Of a stretch of 64,000 bases of DNA, positions 47,251-56,290 are shown in pieces. The position numbers and the translations under genes are program-made. This DNA comes from Candidatus Eiseniibacteriota bacterium (GTDB lineage Bacteria > Eisenbacteria > RBG-16-71-46). The notes under the pieces are model-generated. The model searched no databases. It saw only the letters and a program-made list of their open reading frames with translations, and had not been told where the DNA came from. Location of the stretch: assembly GCA_044223005.1 (NCBI GenBank), contig JBGAML010000010.1:100795-164794 (forward strand), given 5' to 3'. Numbering within the stretch: position 1 is the stretch's first letter; each line of letters starts with the position of its first letter.

Positions 47251-48810
47251 TCAGGGGTTGCGCGGGGCGTCGGGATCGTCGACCCACTGCGGCAGCAGCA
47301 ATGTGAAAATGCTGCCCTCGCCGGGGGTACTGGCGACCTCGACGCGCCCATGATGCGCGCGAACGATCTGATCCACAAGCGAAAGCCCGAGTCCCGCGCC
47401 CTTCACCGTGTGCACGAGCCCGGTTTCGACGCGCACGAACTTCTCGAAGATGCGCGCCTGGTCCTCGGGTGAGATTCCGATGCCACGATCCGAGACGGCG
47501 ATGCTGACCATCGGGTCCCGTGGCCGCACGATCACGCGAATCTCTTTACGGTCTCGTGAATACTTCACGGCATTGTCCAGCAGGTTGAGCAGGCAGTGCT
47601 GGATCAGGATGGTGTCGGCCTTGATCGGGGGCACCCGTTCAGGGCAGTCCACGGTCCAGGTGAACCCCTCGTCCTCGAGCCGCAGCCGGAAGCTCTCGAT
47701 CGCAGTCGAGATCACGTCGCGCACGTCCACGGGCCCGAACCGCGCCGCGGCCTGGCCCGACTCGAAGCGCGAGAAGTCGAGGATGTTGTTCACGAGTTGC
47801 GCGAGCTTGTCGCTCTCGCGCTGGATCGTGCGCAGGTACTTGTCGCGCTCGGCCTCGCTGCGGAAGCGCCCCATCTCGAGCGTCTCGACGGCGAGCTTGA
47901 TGACCGCGATCGGCGTCTTGAGCTCGTGCGTGACGTTGGAGACGAAGCTCGACTTGGCCTGCACGAGCTCGATCTGCCGGATGATGTAGCGCACGCCGAT
48001 GAACGTCGCCGCGAGCAGCACGCCGGTGAGCACCGCGATGAAGACGAACTGCACGGCGACGAACCGCACGGCGAGCGCCGCGGGCGCCATCTCGGTGGGC
48101 GTGACGCGCACGCGGAAGCCCTCGAACGGGCCGTCCATGTCGGCGGCGCGGCCGGCGAGCGAGCGGGCGGGGTCGCGCACGCGCGCGATCTCGTGACCGC
48201 CGGCGTCGAACACCTGCACGCTCAGCCGCCGCGTGATCTCGATGCCGCCGTACATGTGGCGGTTGGCCGAGAGCCGGCTGCGCACGACGTTCGCGAGGTT
48301 GGTGACGATGAACGCGCGCGGGTTGAACCACCAGCCGCCGGCGCCCAGCACGTCACCGGCCGCGCTCCGCAGCACCACGGCCGCGAACGGATGCTGGTGC
48401 TGGCCCGTCGGGTCGTCGCCGAACAGCAGCATCTGCGCGTCCACCATGTTCACCGAGATGCCGTCCATCTGCTCGACGGGCACGAAGTGCGGCGCCTCGA
48501 ACTGGCGCGACCGCGACGCCAGCGCCCGCACGATCGAAAGCGAATCGCCGCCGTCGCGGGCCGCGTTCTCGGCGGGAATGATCGCGTCGCGCAGCTGCGC
48601 CACCAGCTCCTGCTCGAACGCCTCCGACACCATCGCCGACAGGTAGGCGTCGTAGCGCGCGCTCTCGGCTTCGACGCCGCGCGCGACGCGCAGCGTCAGC
48701 AGGGCCGCGACGCCGGCGAGCAGGATCGCGGGCAGCGCGACGGCCACCACCAGCAGCGCGAGCTTGCGCGGGCGCGAGAACGTCGCGACGGTCGGGAACG
48801 AGAAGCGCAT
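47251..48810 (-). CDS. Membrane sensor histidine kinase
   Basis: Two TM segments; FVSNVTHELKTP, NLLDNAVKYS, DRGIG, GAGLGL. Confidence 0.93.
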   Translation of the reverse strand: MRFSFPTVATFSRPRKLALLVVAVALPAILLAGVAALLTLRVARGVEAESARYDAYLSAMVSEAFEQELVAQLRDAIIPAENAARDGGDSLSIVRALASRSRQFEAPHFVPVEQMDGISVNMVDAQMLLFGDDPTGQHQHPFAAVVLRSAAGDVLGAGGWWFNPRAFIVTNLANVVRSRLSANRHMYGGIEITRRLSVQVFDAGGHEIARVRDPARSLAGRAADMDGPFEGFRVRVTPTEMAPAALAVRFVAVQFVFIAVLTGVLLAATFIGVRYIIRQIELVQAKSSFVSNVTHELKTPIAVIKLAVETLEMGRFRSEAERDKYLRTIQRESDKLAQLVNNILDFSRFESGQAAARFGPVDVRDVISTAIESFRLRLEDEGFTWTVDCPERVPPIKADTILIQHCLLNLLDNAVKYSRDRKEIRVIVRPRDPMVSIAVSDRGIGISPEDQARIFEKFVRVETGLVHTVKGAGLGLSLVDQIVRAHHGRVEVASTPGEGSIFTLLLPQWVDDPDAPRNP

Positions 48811-48926
48811 GGCAGGCCGAGCCTAGGCTCGGGCCGAGAACGCCGCAACGCGGAGCGGCTCGCGGCCCGGAAACGCGCCGGGCCGGTCCGCCGAAGCGAA
48901 CCGGCCCGAAGGCGCGAGCGAAGACG

Positions 48927-49715
48927 TCACATCTTGGCGCGCTGGGCCGACTGCGCGCCGGTCAGGCCGTGGATGCGGGTCACGATGCTCTTGTCGTTGG
49001 ACGTGACCAGGATCTGGGCACCGTTCTTCACGTTCACGAGCTCGCGCGTGAACTTGCCGCTCGCCATGGCGCCGCGGAACACGCGGCAGCCCGAGCACAG
49101 GTTCGCCTCGCTGGTGCTGGCGAGCGCGTTCATGACCGCTTCGTTGTGGCGCCGGAGCGTGGACTGCAGCATGCGCACGCCCTCGGGCGTATCGGCGGTG
49201 TAGACGATCATGGCGCCGTTGCGCAGCGCGACGACCTGCGTGTGGGCGTTGACGCCGTGCAGCTCTTCCGAGCAAGAGGCGCCGTCCGAGCAGACCGCGC
49301 AGCCCATGTGCGTGTCGGCCATGGAGCCGTCGCACTTGCCGTTGGCGCTCGGCGCGACCGAAAGCGCGAAGCCGCACGCGCCGCAGTTCATGCCCTGGGC
49401 GGTCGCGGCGCCCTTGGCGCCGTGCATCGAGCACTCGCCGGAGTTCGCGCACTTGGCGTTGCCGGTGCAGCACGATGCGGACGCGGCCGACGCGCCCTTG
49501 GCCGTGCACTGCGCGGAGCCCGTCGGGCAGCCGGCGTTCGCAGGGCAGCCACTCGCGTGCGCCGATGCGGACGCGGCCGAGGCGGACTTGCCGTTGCCGC
49601 AACAGGACGAGGCGGCGGAAGCGCCGGCGGACTTGGCGCACGCGCCCGCGTGGGCGAAGGCGGCACCCCCGACGAAAGCGGCGAGGACGAGAGCAACGAG
49701 TCGAAGGTGCTTCAT
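48927..49715 (-). CDS. Secreted cysteine-rich hypothetical protein
   Basis: RBS GGGAGG; signal peptide; 18 Cys including two CC and three CxxC; duplicated NGA.I..T...V motif. Confidence 0.8.
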   Translation of the reverse strand: MKHLRLVALVLAAFVGGAAFAHAGACAKSAGASAASSCCGNGKSASAASASAHASGCPANAGCPTGSAQCTAKGASAASASCCTGNAKCANSGECSMHGAKGAATAQGMNCGACGFALSVAPSANGKCDGSMADTHMGCAVCSDGASCSEELHGVNAHTQVVALRNGAMIVYTADTPEGVRMLQSTLRRHNEAVMNALASTSEANLCSGCRVFRGAMASGKFTRELVNVKNGAQILVTSNDKSIVTRIHGLTGAQSAQRAKM

Positions 49716-49944
49716 GACCGACCTCCCGGGGTGGCGATCGCGAGGGTCCGGACCCGGACCTCGCCCTTACGCGATGCAGCATCGGCCGACTGGTGGAAAA
49801 GGGTGTCATCGGGCATATCCCACGGTGTCAGATCGCTGCAAAAAGCGGCTCCGGCCGCCTCCCCTCGCAGGGGGGGCGCCCCCGGCCGGTTCCGGCCGTT
49901 GACGCCCCACGCCCCTCTTCTTAGTGTGCGGCCACCCCACCACC

Positions 49945-51144
49945 ATGCCCCGCCGCCGATCGTCCTCCGCCTCGAGTGGCACGCCCTATCGCCTGATGGG
50001 CGTCCTCGCCGTCATCGCCCTGCTGGTATTCCTGGCGGGCGAGCTCTTCGCATGGGCGACGTCCGACCGCGGTCGGCTGGAAACCTGGCACTGGGCCCAC
50101 CTCGGCCAGCGCGCGACGGTGGTGCGCATCGTGGGCAAGCGCGTGCAGGAGGGCCTGGCCGACGCGCGCGTGCCGCGCGCGTGCGTGCACGAGGACGTGG
50201 TCGCGGGCGAGGCCGGCGGCACGCCGCGCTGGCGGATCGAACTGCCGCACGACCTCTCGCCGATGCAGGTGAACTACGCGGTGACGCGCGCGGTCGAGCG
50301 CGGCGGCGCGCGCGTGACGCGGGCGCACGAGACGCCGGGCGAGCGCGGCGCGCTCACCGTGAACATGACGATCGGCTGGCCGGGCCGGCCGCTGCAGGAA
50401 CTGGCGATCACGCGCGCGGGCCGCCCCGAGGAGCCGAAGACCGAGAAGGAGGCGCCTGCGGGCCGCGTGGCGCTGGTGCTGTTCGGGCTCGCCGACGACC
50501 TCGCGCTCGCGAAGCAGGTGCTCGCGCGCCATGAGACGTTCGCGGCGGCGGTGCCCTCGGCGGGTGACGGCCACGCGGCACTGCGCGACGCGGCGCGCAA
50601 GGCCGGCCACGAGCTGGTGCTGCAGGTGCCGATGGAGCCCGAGAACTACCCGCGCGTGAGCCCGGGCCCGGGCACGCTGCTGGTGAGCATGTCGGCGCGC
50701 CAGATCGCGGGCGAACTGCGCGGCGCGCTCTCGGACGCGGGCCGCGTGGTCGCGGTGTCCAACTACATGGGCTCGTTCGCGACGCAGGACGAGCCGTTCA
50801 TGACCGCGTTCTACCGCGAGCTGCAGAAGGCGAAGCTGCCGTTCCTGCACGTGGCGGCCGTGCCGCGCGCGGTCTGCCGCCCGCTGGCGGCGCGGCTGGG
50901 CGTGGCCTACGACGCGCCGGACGAGACGCTCGACGGCGAGGCGCGCATGGAGACGACGGCCGCGCTCACGCGTGCGTGGAAGGTGGCGCTCACGGAGGCC
51001 GGCGAGCGCGGCCAGGCGATCGTGCTCCTGCGGGTGACGCCGCTGTCGGCGAAGTGGCTCGACGAGGCGCTGGGCGAGAAATCGCTCGGGCGCACGACGC
51101 TCGTGCCGCTCTCGGCCGTGATCCACCAGCCCGGAACTTCCTAG
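49945..51144 (+). CDS. Divergent polysaccharide deacetylase family protein (YibQ/DUF610-like)
   Basis: N-terminal TM; GHELVLQVPMEP, PGPG.L, SNYMGS motifs. Confidence 0.8.
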   Translation: MPRRRSSSASSGTPYRLMGVLAVIALLVFLAGELFAWATSDRGRLETWHWAHLGQRATVVRIVGKRVQEGLADARVPRACVHEDVVAGEAGGTPRWRIELPHDLSPMQVNYAVTRAVERGGARVTRAHETPGERGALTVNMTIGWPGRPLQELAITRAGRPEEPKTEKEAPAGRVALVLFGLADDLALAKQVLARHETFAAAVPSAGDGHAALRDAARKAGHELVLQVPMEPENYPRVSPGPGTLLVSMSARQIAGELRGALSDAGRVVAVSNYMGSFATQDEPFMTAFYRELQKAKLPFLHVAAVPRAVCRPLAARLGVAYDAPDETLDGEARMETTAALTRAWKVALTEAGERGQAIVLLRVTPLSAKWLDEALGEKSLGRTTLVPLSAVIHQPGTS

Positions 51145-51188
51145 CGCCGTCGCTCGGGCACTCGCCCGCGTGCTATGGTGCGACGGTC

Positions 51189-53144
51189 ATGACGACGGGA
51201 CAGGACGTCCTCTCCGACTTCGAGCGTGCGAGCCGCCACGAGTGGCGCCTCGCGGACGGCCTCGGCGGCCTCGCTGCCGGGACCGCGTCGGGCATGCCCG
51301 GCCGCCGCGCGCACGCGCTGCTCGCCACGGCGTCGCCCACCGGCGCGCTCACGGCGCTCGTGCTGCGCTTCGAGGAGAAGCTCGCGCTCGGCGCCACGAC
51401 CCACGAACTCTCGGCCGGCCTCGTCGCGGGCCGCGCGCGCGCGGGCGCGTTCGCGCAACTCGAGTCGTTCGAGAGCCTGCCGTGGCCGCGCTGGCGCTGG
51501 CGGATCGACGACACGGTGATCGAGCGCTCGTACCGGCTCGTGGACGGCCACCCGGCGCTGGTCGCGACCTGGCGCCTCATCGCGGGCGCGGGCGCGAAGG
51601 TGAGCGTGGCTCCGCTCGTCACCGCGCGACCGCTCGCCGGGCTCGCGCGCGAGAACGCCGAGTTCCGCGGCACCGCGCAGGGCATCCCGGGCCGGGTTCG
51701 CATCGAGACGCTGCCGGGCCAGCCCACCGTCACGCTGTGGCACAACGGGGCGTTCCTGCCGGCGCGCGGCTGGGCGCGAGCGCTCGGCTACCCGCTCGAG
51801 TTCGCGAGCGAGGACGACGGCACGGCGCCGGAGCTGCACGAGGACGCGTTCGTGCCGGGCTGGGTGCAGGCGGCCCTGCCGTCGCCCGGCGCGGCGCTGC
51901 ACGTGGTGCTCTCGCCGCAGGAAGCGCTCTTTCGCAGCCTCGCCACCGAGGGCCGCATCGGCACGCCGCCGGCGCAGACGCTCAACGACTGCGTGGCCGC
52001 GCTCGACCGCGGCGCGCGCGAGCGGCGCGCGGCGTGGCGCCGGCACGCGCTGACCGGCGCGGACCTGACCGCGCGCCAGGCCGCGGCGGCGCACGGCGGC
52101 GAGGGCGGGGCGTTGGCGCGGCGCGACGAGCCGCTGGTCGGCGAGGCCGACGACGTCGCGGCGCTCGGCGCGGACCGGCTGCACGACGCCCGGCTCCAGC
52201 GCCAGGGCCAGGGCACGCTCGCCCCGCGCACCGCGGGCGACGCCGAGCGCGGCACGGACGTGCTGCGCGCGGCGGCGGCGCTGGTGACGATCCGCGCGTT
52301 CGAGCCGGCGCGGCAGGTGGCGCACCGCTATCTCGACTTCCTCGACGAGGGCCTCGCGCCCGAGGGCTTCGATCCCGCGACGGGCGCGCCGCAGTACGGC
52401 GATCCCGAACCGTCGCTCTGGCTCGTGCACCTCGTCGACCTGCTCGCGCGGCGTTCCAGCGTGCCGCCGTCGCAGGACCCGTTCCTGCGCGACGTCGCGT
52501 GGCCGGCGCTCGAAGGCGTGCTGCAGCACCTGCGCCAGGGCTCGAGTCACGGCGTCCACTGCGAGCGCGACGGCCTGCTCTGGGCGGGCGAGGGCGCGGC
52601 GGCGCGTGCGCGCGCGGGCACCAACGCGCTCTGGTACCACGCGCTGGTCGCGATGGCGCAACTGGGCAAGCTGCTCGGCCGGCGCGAGAACGCGGCGTTC
52701 TACCTCGCGTGGGCGCACGAGCTGCAGCGCCGCTACCTCGAGACGTTCTGGGACGAGCCGGTCGGCGCGCTCTTCGACGCGCTCGGCCCCGCGGGCCCGG
52801 TGCGTGGCGTCTCGCCCGCGCAGCTCTGGGCGGTGAGCCTGCCGCCGTCGCTGCTGCCGCCCGCGCACGCGGCGCGACTGCTCGCGACGCTCGAGCGCGA
52901 ACTGCTCGGCGCGGCGGGCCTGCGCGAACGCCCCGACGAGGGCGCGGGCGATCCGGCGTGGCTCGGCGCGTGGGCGGCGGCGACCGCGCGCGTACACGGC
53001 CGCACCTCCGCGGCGCTGGCGCGCATCGACGCGCGGCTCGCGCGCGCGCTCCGCGAGGGCTCGCTCGATCCGCTCGTGGCGGCCGAAACGCTGCGGGCCT
53101 GGGTCGAAGAGGCCGATCGCGCCGACAGTCTCGCCGCGCGCTGA
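51189..53144 (+). CDS. Glycogen debranching enzyme (amylo-alpha-1,6-glucosidase)-like protein, degenerate
   Basis: EWRLADGLGG.A.GT N-terminal motif, D.SLW, NALWY.AL, FW, P.QLWA.SLP. Confidence 0.75.
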   Translation: MTTGQDVLSDFERASRHEWRLADGLGGLAAGTASGMPGRRAHALLATASPTGALTALVLRFEEKLALGATTHELSAGLVAGRARAGAFAQLESFESLPWPRWRWRIDDTVIERSYRLVDGHPALVATWRLIAGAGAKVSVAPLVTARPLAGLARENAEFRGTAQGIPGRVRIETLPGQPTVTLWHNGAFLPARGWARALGYPLEFASEDDGTAPELHEDAFVPGWVQAALPSPGAALHVVLSPQEALFRSLATEGRIGTPPAQTLNDCVAALDRGARERRAAWRRHALTGADLTARQAAAAHGGEGGALARRDEPLVGEADDVAALGADRLHDARLQRQGQGTLAPRTAGDAERGTDVLRAAAALVTIRAFEPARQVAHRYLDFLDEGLAPEGFDPATGAPQYGDPEPSLWLVHLVDLLARRSSVPPSQDPFLRDVAWPALEGVLQHLRQGSSHGVHCERDGLLWAGEGAAARARAGTNALWYHALVAMAQLGKLLGRRENAAFYLAWAHELQRRYLETFWDEPVGALFDALGPAGPVRGVSPAQLWAVSLPPSLLPPAHAARLLATLERELLGAAGLRERPDEGAGDPAWLGAWAAATARVHGRTSAALARIDARLARALREGSLDPLVAAETLRAWVEEADRADSLAAR

Positions 53145-53222
53145 CTGCGCGCCGGCCGGTCGCGTTCCGAGCACTTCTGTCACCCCACCGCTACACTTTG
53201 TCACCCGGAATCGCGCCAACGC

Positions 53223-53449
53223 GTGACGCTTCTCGTTCGCATCCACCCGGGGGCGCGCGCGAAGGGTGAGTGAAAACGTGGCTTGCGGGGCGCCCGCGCG
53301 GCCGGGCGACGGCCCGCCGGCGGCGGGCATGCGTCTTGCCAAGTGTGACGGCGAACGTGGTGGCTGCCAGCATGGCGCAGCCAAACGAGGCCACGTTCGG
53401 GCTCGTACCCCTTCTGGAGCGTCGCCGCCGAATTCCCCCATTCGGCGGC
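53223..53449. ncRNA. Candidate structured ncRNA in a convergent intergenic region
   Basis: Nested long-range complementarity (53225-32/53416-23; 53261-82/53390-414), internal hairpins and a 10-bp terminal hairpin at 53424-49; family not recognised. Confidence 0.45.
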
Positions 53450-53520
53450 CGCCCGGAAGAAACGATCGGCCCCGCCCGAGCGCGATGCGTTCCGCGCCAC
53501 GAGCGGGGCTTCGCCATTTC

Positions 53521-53543
53521 CGGCCCGCGGCTGCCGCGGGCCG
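53521..53543 (-). terminator. Hairpin directly after the asmA stop
   Basis: CGGCCCGCGG-ctg-CCGCGGGCCG perfect 10-bp stem. Confidence 0.55.
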
Positions 53544-53549
53544 TTCGCG

Positions 53550-56171
53550 TCAGTGCTTCGTCGTGTCCGCCGGCGCGGGCGGCGGGTTGCGCTTGCCGAA
53601 GAAGCCGTTGAGCAGCCCGCCGGCCGCCTTGCGCAGGCTGTCCTTCGTGGCCTGGACCGACGGCAGCGCGGGCGCCGTCGCGGTGCTGTCGTGCGCGAGG
53701 CCGAGCCGCTTCGCGAGTTCCGCCGCCGCGGCCTGCTTGGCCTGGGCTTCGGCCTGCTTCGCCTGCGTCTCGAGCTTGGCCCGCTGCTCGGCGATGGCCT
53801 GCGACGCCTTGCCCGCGAGGCGCGCGCGCATGGCCTGCGTGTCCCACGCGATCCGCGGCGACTTCGCGGTGCCGGTGACGCGCAGGTCGAGCAGCATGCG
53901 GCCCTGGTCGTCGGCGAGCGCGCCGGCGGCCAACGCCGAACGCGCCTGCAGCGCCGCCACCGCGTCGGGCGGCAGCGTGACGCTCACGGCGTAGTCGAGC
54001 GAGCCGTCGAAGCCGACGGCGCCCGAGAGCACCCAGTCGCCGCTCGAGCCGTTCATCGTCACGGGATCGGTGACGAGCCGGCCCTGCACGATGCGCATGG
54101 GGAGCTTGAGGTCCTTGAACTTCACTTCCTTCAGCTGCGGGATCTTCACGTACTCCGACAGCGCGGTGAGCGCGGGACCGGGGCCGAGCTGGCCCTGCAG
54201 CAGCGACGCGAGGCCGACGAGCGTCAGCGAGCGCTTCACGTCGTCGGGCGTCTGGCCGCGGCCGGAGAAGTCGATGTTGGTGTCGATCGTGCCCTGCAGC
54301 AGGCCCTTCGCGGGCGTCCACGCCGAGAGCAGGTCGTCGGCCTTCGCGCCCGCGACCTTCGCCTTCACCGCGTAGACGGGCTTCGCGGTGTCGTGCAGGT
54401 CGAACTGCGCGCTGCCGGTCACGGTGCCGCCGTAGCCCGCGAGCGAGAACGCGGGCGACTCGAGCGCGGCGGGCGTGAGCGCGATCTGCGCGGCCACCTT
54501 CGTCACGTCGAGCTTGCCCTGCTTGAGCCGGTCGATCGCGACCTTGCCGCCGCCCTTCGCGTTGGGCAGGAACGGCGCGCCGGGCGTCGTGGGCAGCAGT
54601 TCGGCGAGGTCGAGGTAGGGCGAGCGGAAATCGAAGTCCACGCCCGCGGGCGGCACCGAGTCGGGCTTCGCCATGAGCGCGAGCGGGCGCGTGACGTTGG
54701 CGTCGAGCGTGAACGAGGACTGCCCGGCCTTCGCGGTCAGGTGCTGCACCGCGGCGCGCTGCGGCGAGAGCAGCACGGTGCCGTTCACGTTCTCGATCGG
54801 CTTCGGCAGGTCGGGCTTGGAGACGCCCACGCCGTGCAGGTCGGCGCGGCCGTCGAGCGCGAGCGAGCCAGGATCCTTCGCGCGGCCCGAGCCGCGCACG
54901 TCGAGGTCCACGCGGCCGGTGAGCTTCGTCTTCGCATCGCCGGTCTGCTGCGCGAGCAGCGGCGACACCGCGGCGAGATCGACGTTGCCCTGCACCGCGA
55001 AGCGCACGAGCGGGTCGGCGAAACGCTGCGCGGCGAACTGCGCGCGCACGGGCTGGCCCGCGACGATCGCGCGCAGGTCGGGCACGCCGACCGAGTCGGG
55101 CGCGAAGCGGGCCTCGAACGCGAGCTGCTTCACGTCGGCCGGCGCGCCCGCGTACTGGAACGCGCCGTCCTGCACGCGCAGCCATCCCGCGATCGCGGGC
55201 AGCGCGGCGGCGGTGCCGGGCGCGGGCGCGGCGCCGCGGATCTTCAGGTCGAACGCCATCGTGCCGCTGCCCGAGAGGCCCTTCACGGCGGGCGCGTCGG
55301 CCACGGCCACCCACGCGAGCACCTGGCCGAAGTCGAGGTGGTCGGCCTGCGCGCGCAGGTCGAAGCGCGCGTGCGGGCCGACGTCGTCGACGAGCCCCGA
55401 GAGCCCGACCTGCGTGCGATCCAGCTGCAGCGCGAGCTTCTCGAGCGCGAGCCGCTTGCTGGGCGCGTCGAACTTGCCGGCGTGCTCGAAACGGAAGACC
55501 AGCTTGGCGAGCCCCTGGTTCAGGTCCGCGAGCCGCGTCGCCGTGAGCGGCCCGAACGCGAGCCCGGTGATCTCGGTGTGGCCGGTGGTGCCGATCCGCT
55601 GGCCGTTGCCTTCCACGACGAGGCCCGTCTTGGTCTCGAGATCGAACGCGGTGCGCTTGCCGCCCTTCAGGTCGTCGACCAGCACGCGGCCGCCGTGGAT
55701 CGCGAACGTCTTGAGCTCCAGGTCCATGGCCGGGCCCTGCGCGGCGCCGGGCCTGGGCGGCGCGCCGAGGCTGTCGAAGTTGGTGGTGCCGTCCGCGCGC
55801 AGCAGCAGGTGGATCGCGGGCTTCTCGAGCGCGAGCGTGTTCACGCGCACCTTCTTCGAGAGCAGCGCGAACACGTCGAGGTCGAGGTTCACGGCGTCGG
55901 TCGAGAACGCGGCGCCGCGCTCGAAGCCGCCGGGCTCGGCCAGCTCGAGCTTGCGCACGGTGAGCCGCACCGGCGGCCAGATCCCGAGCGAGGCGTCGGC
56001 GAAGCGCACGTCGCGCGCGAGTGCCGAGCGCAGCTGGTCCTGCACGAGCGCACGCACCTTGGCGGGCGGGAAGAGCACCATCAGCGCGACCTGGGCGATC
56101 GCGACGATCGCGACGAGGGCGACGAGGATCGCGGCCCAGGGCGGGAGGCCGCGGCGATTCGGGGCGTTCAT
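53550..56171 (-). CDS. AsmA family protein
   Basis: N-terminal TM, L.R.V...LG.WP, P.IHL...DG.TNF, long beta-rich body, G.VGFDGSLDY and VTGT..SP.I C-terminal motifs. Confidence 0.85.
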   Translation of the reverse strand: MNAPNRRGLPPWAAILVALVAIVAIAQVALMVLFPPAKVRALVQDQLRSALARDVRFADASLGIWPPVRLTVRKLELAEPGGFERGAAFSTDAVNLDLDVFALLSKKVRVNTLALEKPAIHLLLRADGTTNFDSLGAPPRPGAAQGPAMDLELKTFAIHGGRVLVDDLKGGKRTAFDLETKTGLVVEGNGQRIGTTGHTEITGLAFGPLTATRLADLNQGLAKLVFRFEHAGKFDAPSKRLALEKLALQLDRTQVGLSGLVDDVGPHARFDLRAQADHLDFGQVLAWVAVADAPAVKGLSGSGTMAFDLKIRGAAPAPGTAAALPAIAGWLRVQDGAFQYAGAPADVKQLAFEARFAPDSVGVPDLRAIVAGQPVRAQFAAQRFADPLVRFAVQGNVDLAAVSPLLAQQTGDAKTKLTGRVDLDVRGSGRAKDPGSLALDGRADLHGVGVSKPDLPKPIENVNGTVLLSPQRAAVQHLTAKAGQSSFTLDANVTRPLALMAKPDSVPPAGVDFDFRSPYLDLAELLPTTPGAPFLPNAKGGGKVAIDRLKQGKLDVTKVAAQIALTPAALESPAFSLAGYGGTVTGSAQFDLHDTAKPVYAVKAKVAGAKADDLLSAWTPAKGLLQGTIDTNIDFSGRGQTPDDVKRSLTLVGLASLLQGQLGPGPALTALSEYVKIPQLKEVKFKDLKLPMRIVQGRLVTDPVTMNGSSGDWVLSGAVGFDGSLDYAVSVTLPPDAVAALQARSALAAGALADDQGRMLLDLRVTGTAKSPRIAWDTQAMRARLAGKASQAIAEQRAKLETQAKQAEAQAKQAAAAELAKRLGLAHDSTATAPALPSVQATKDSLRKAAGGLLNGFFGKRNPPPAPADTTKH

Positions 56172-56290
56172 GGTCGTCTCCGTTCGAAGGGGGCGTTCGG
56201 CGGCATTGTGCCATACCCCGCGGCCGGGCCGCGCTCGCCCGGGGAACGTGCGTGGACGTGCCCGCGCGCGCCGCGTAGAGTCCGCCGCCC

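Noticed and set aside
53201..53611. Short ORFs 53201..53500 (-) and 53270..53611 (+) in the convergent gap
   Set aside because: No SD, atypical codon usage and no motifs; RNA structure explains the region better
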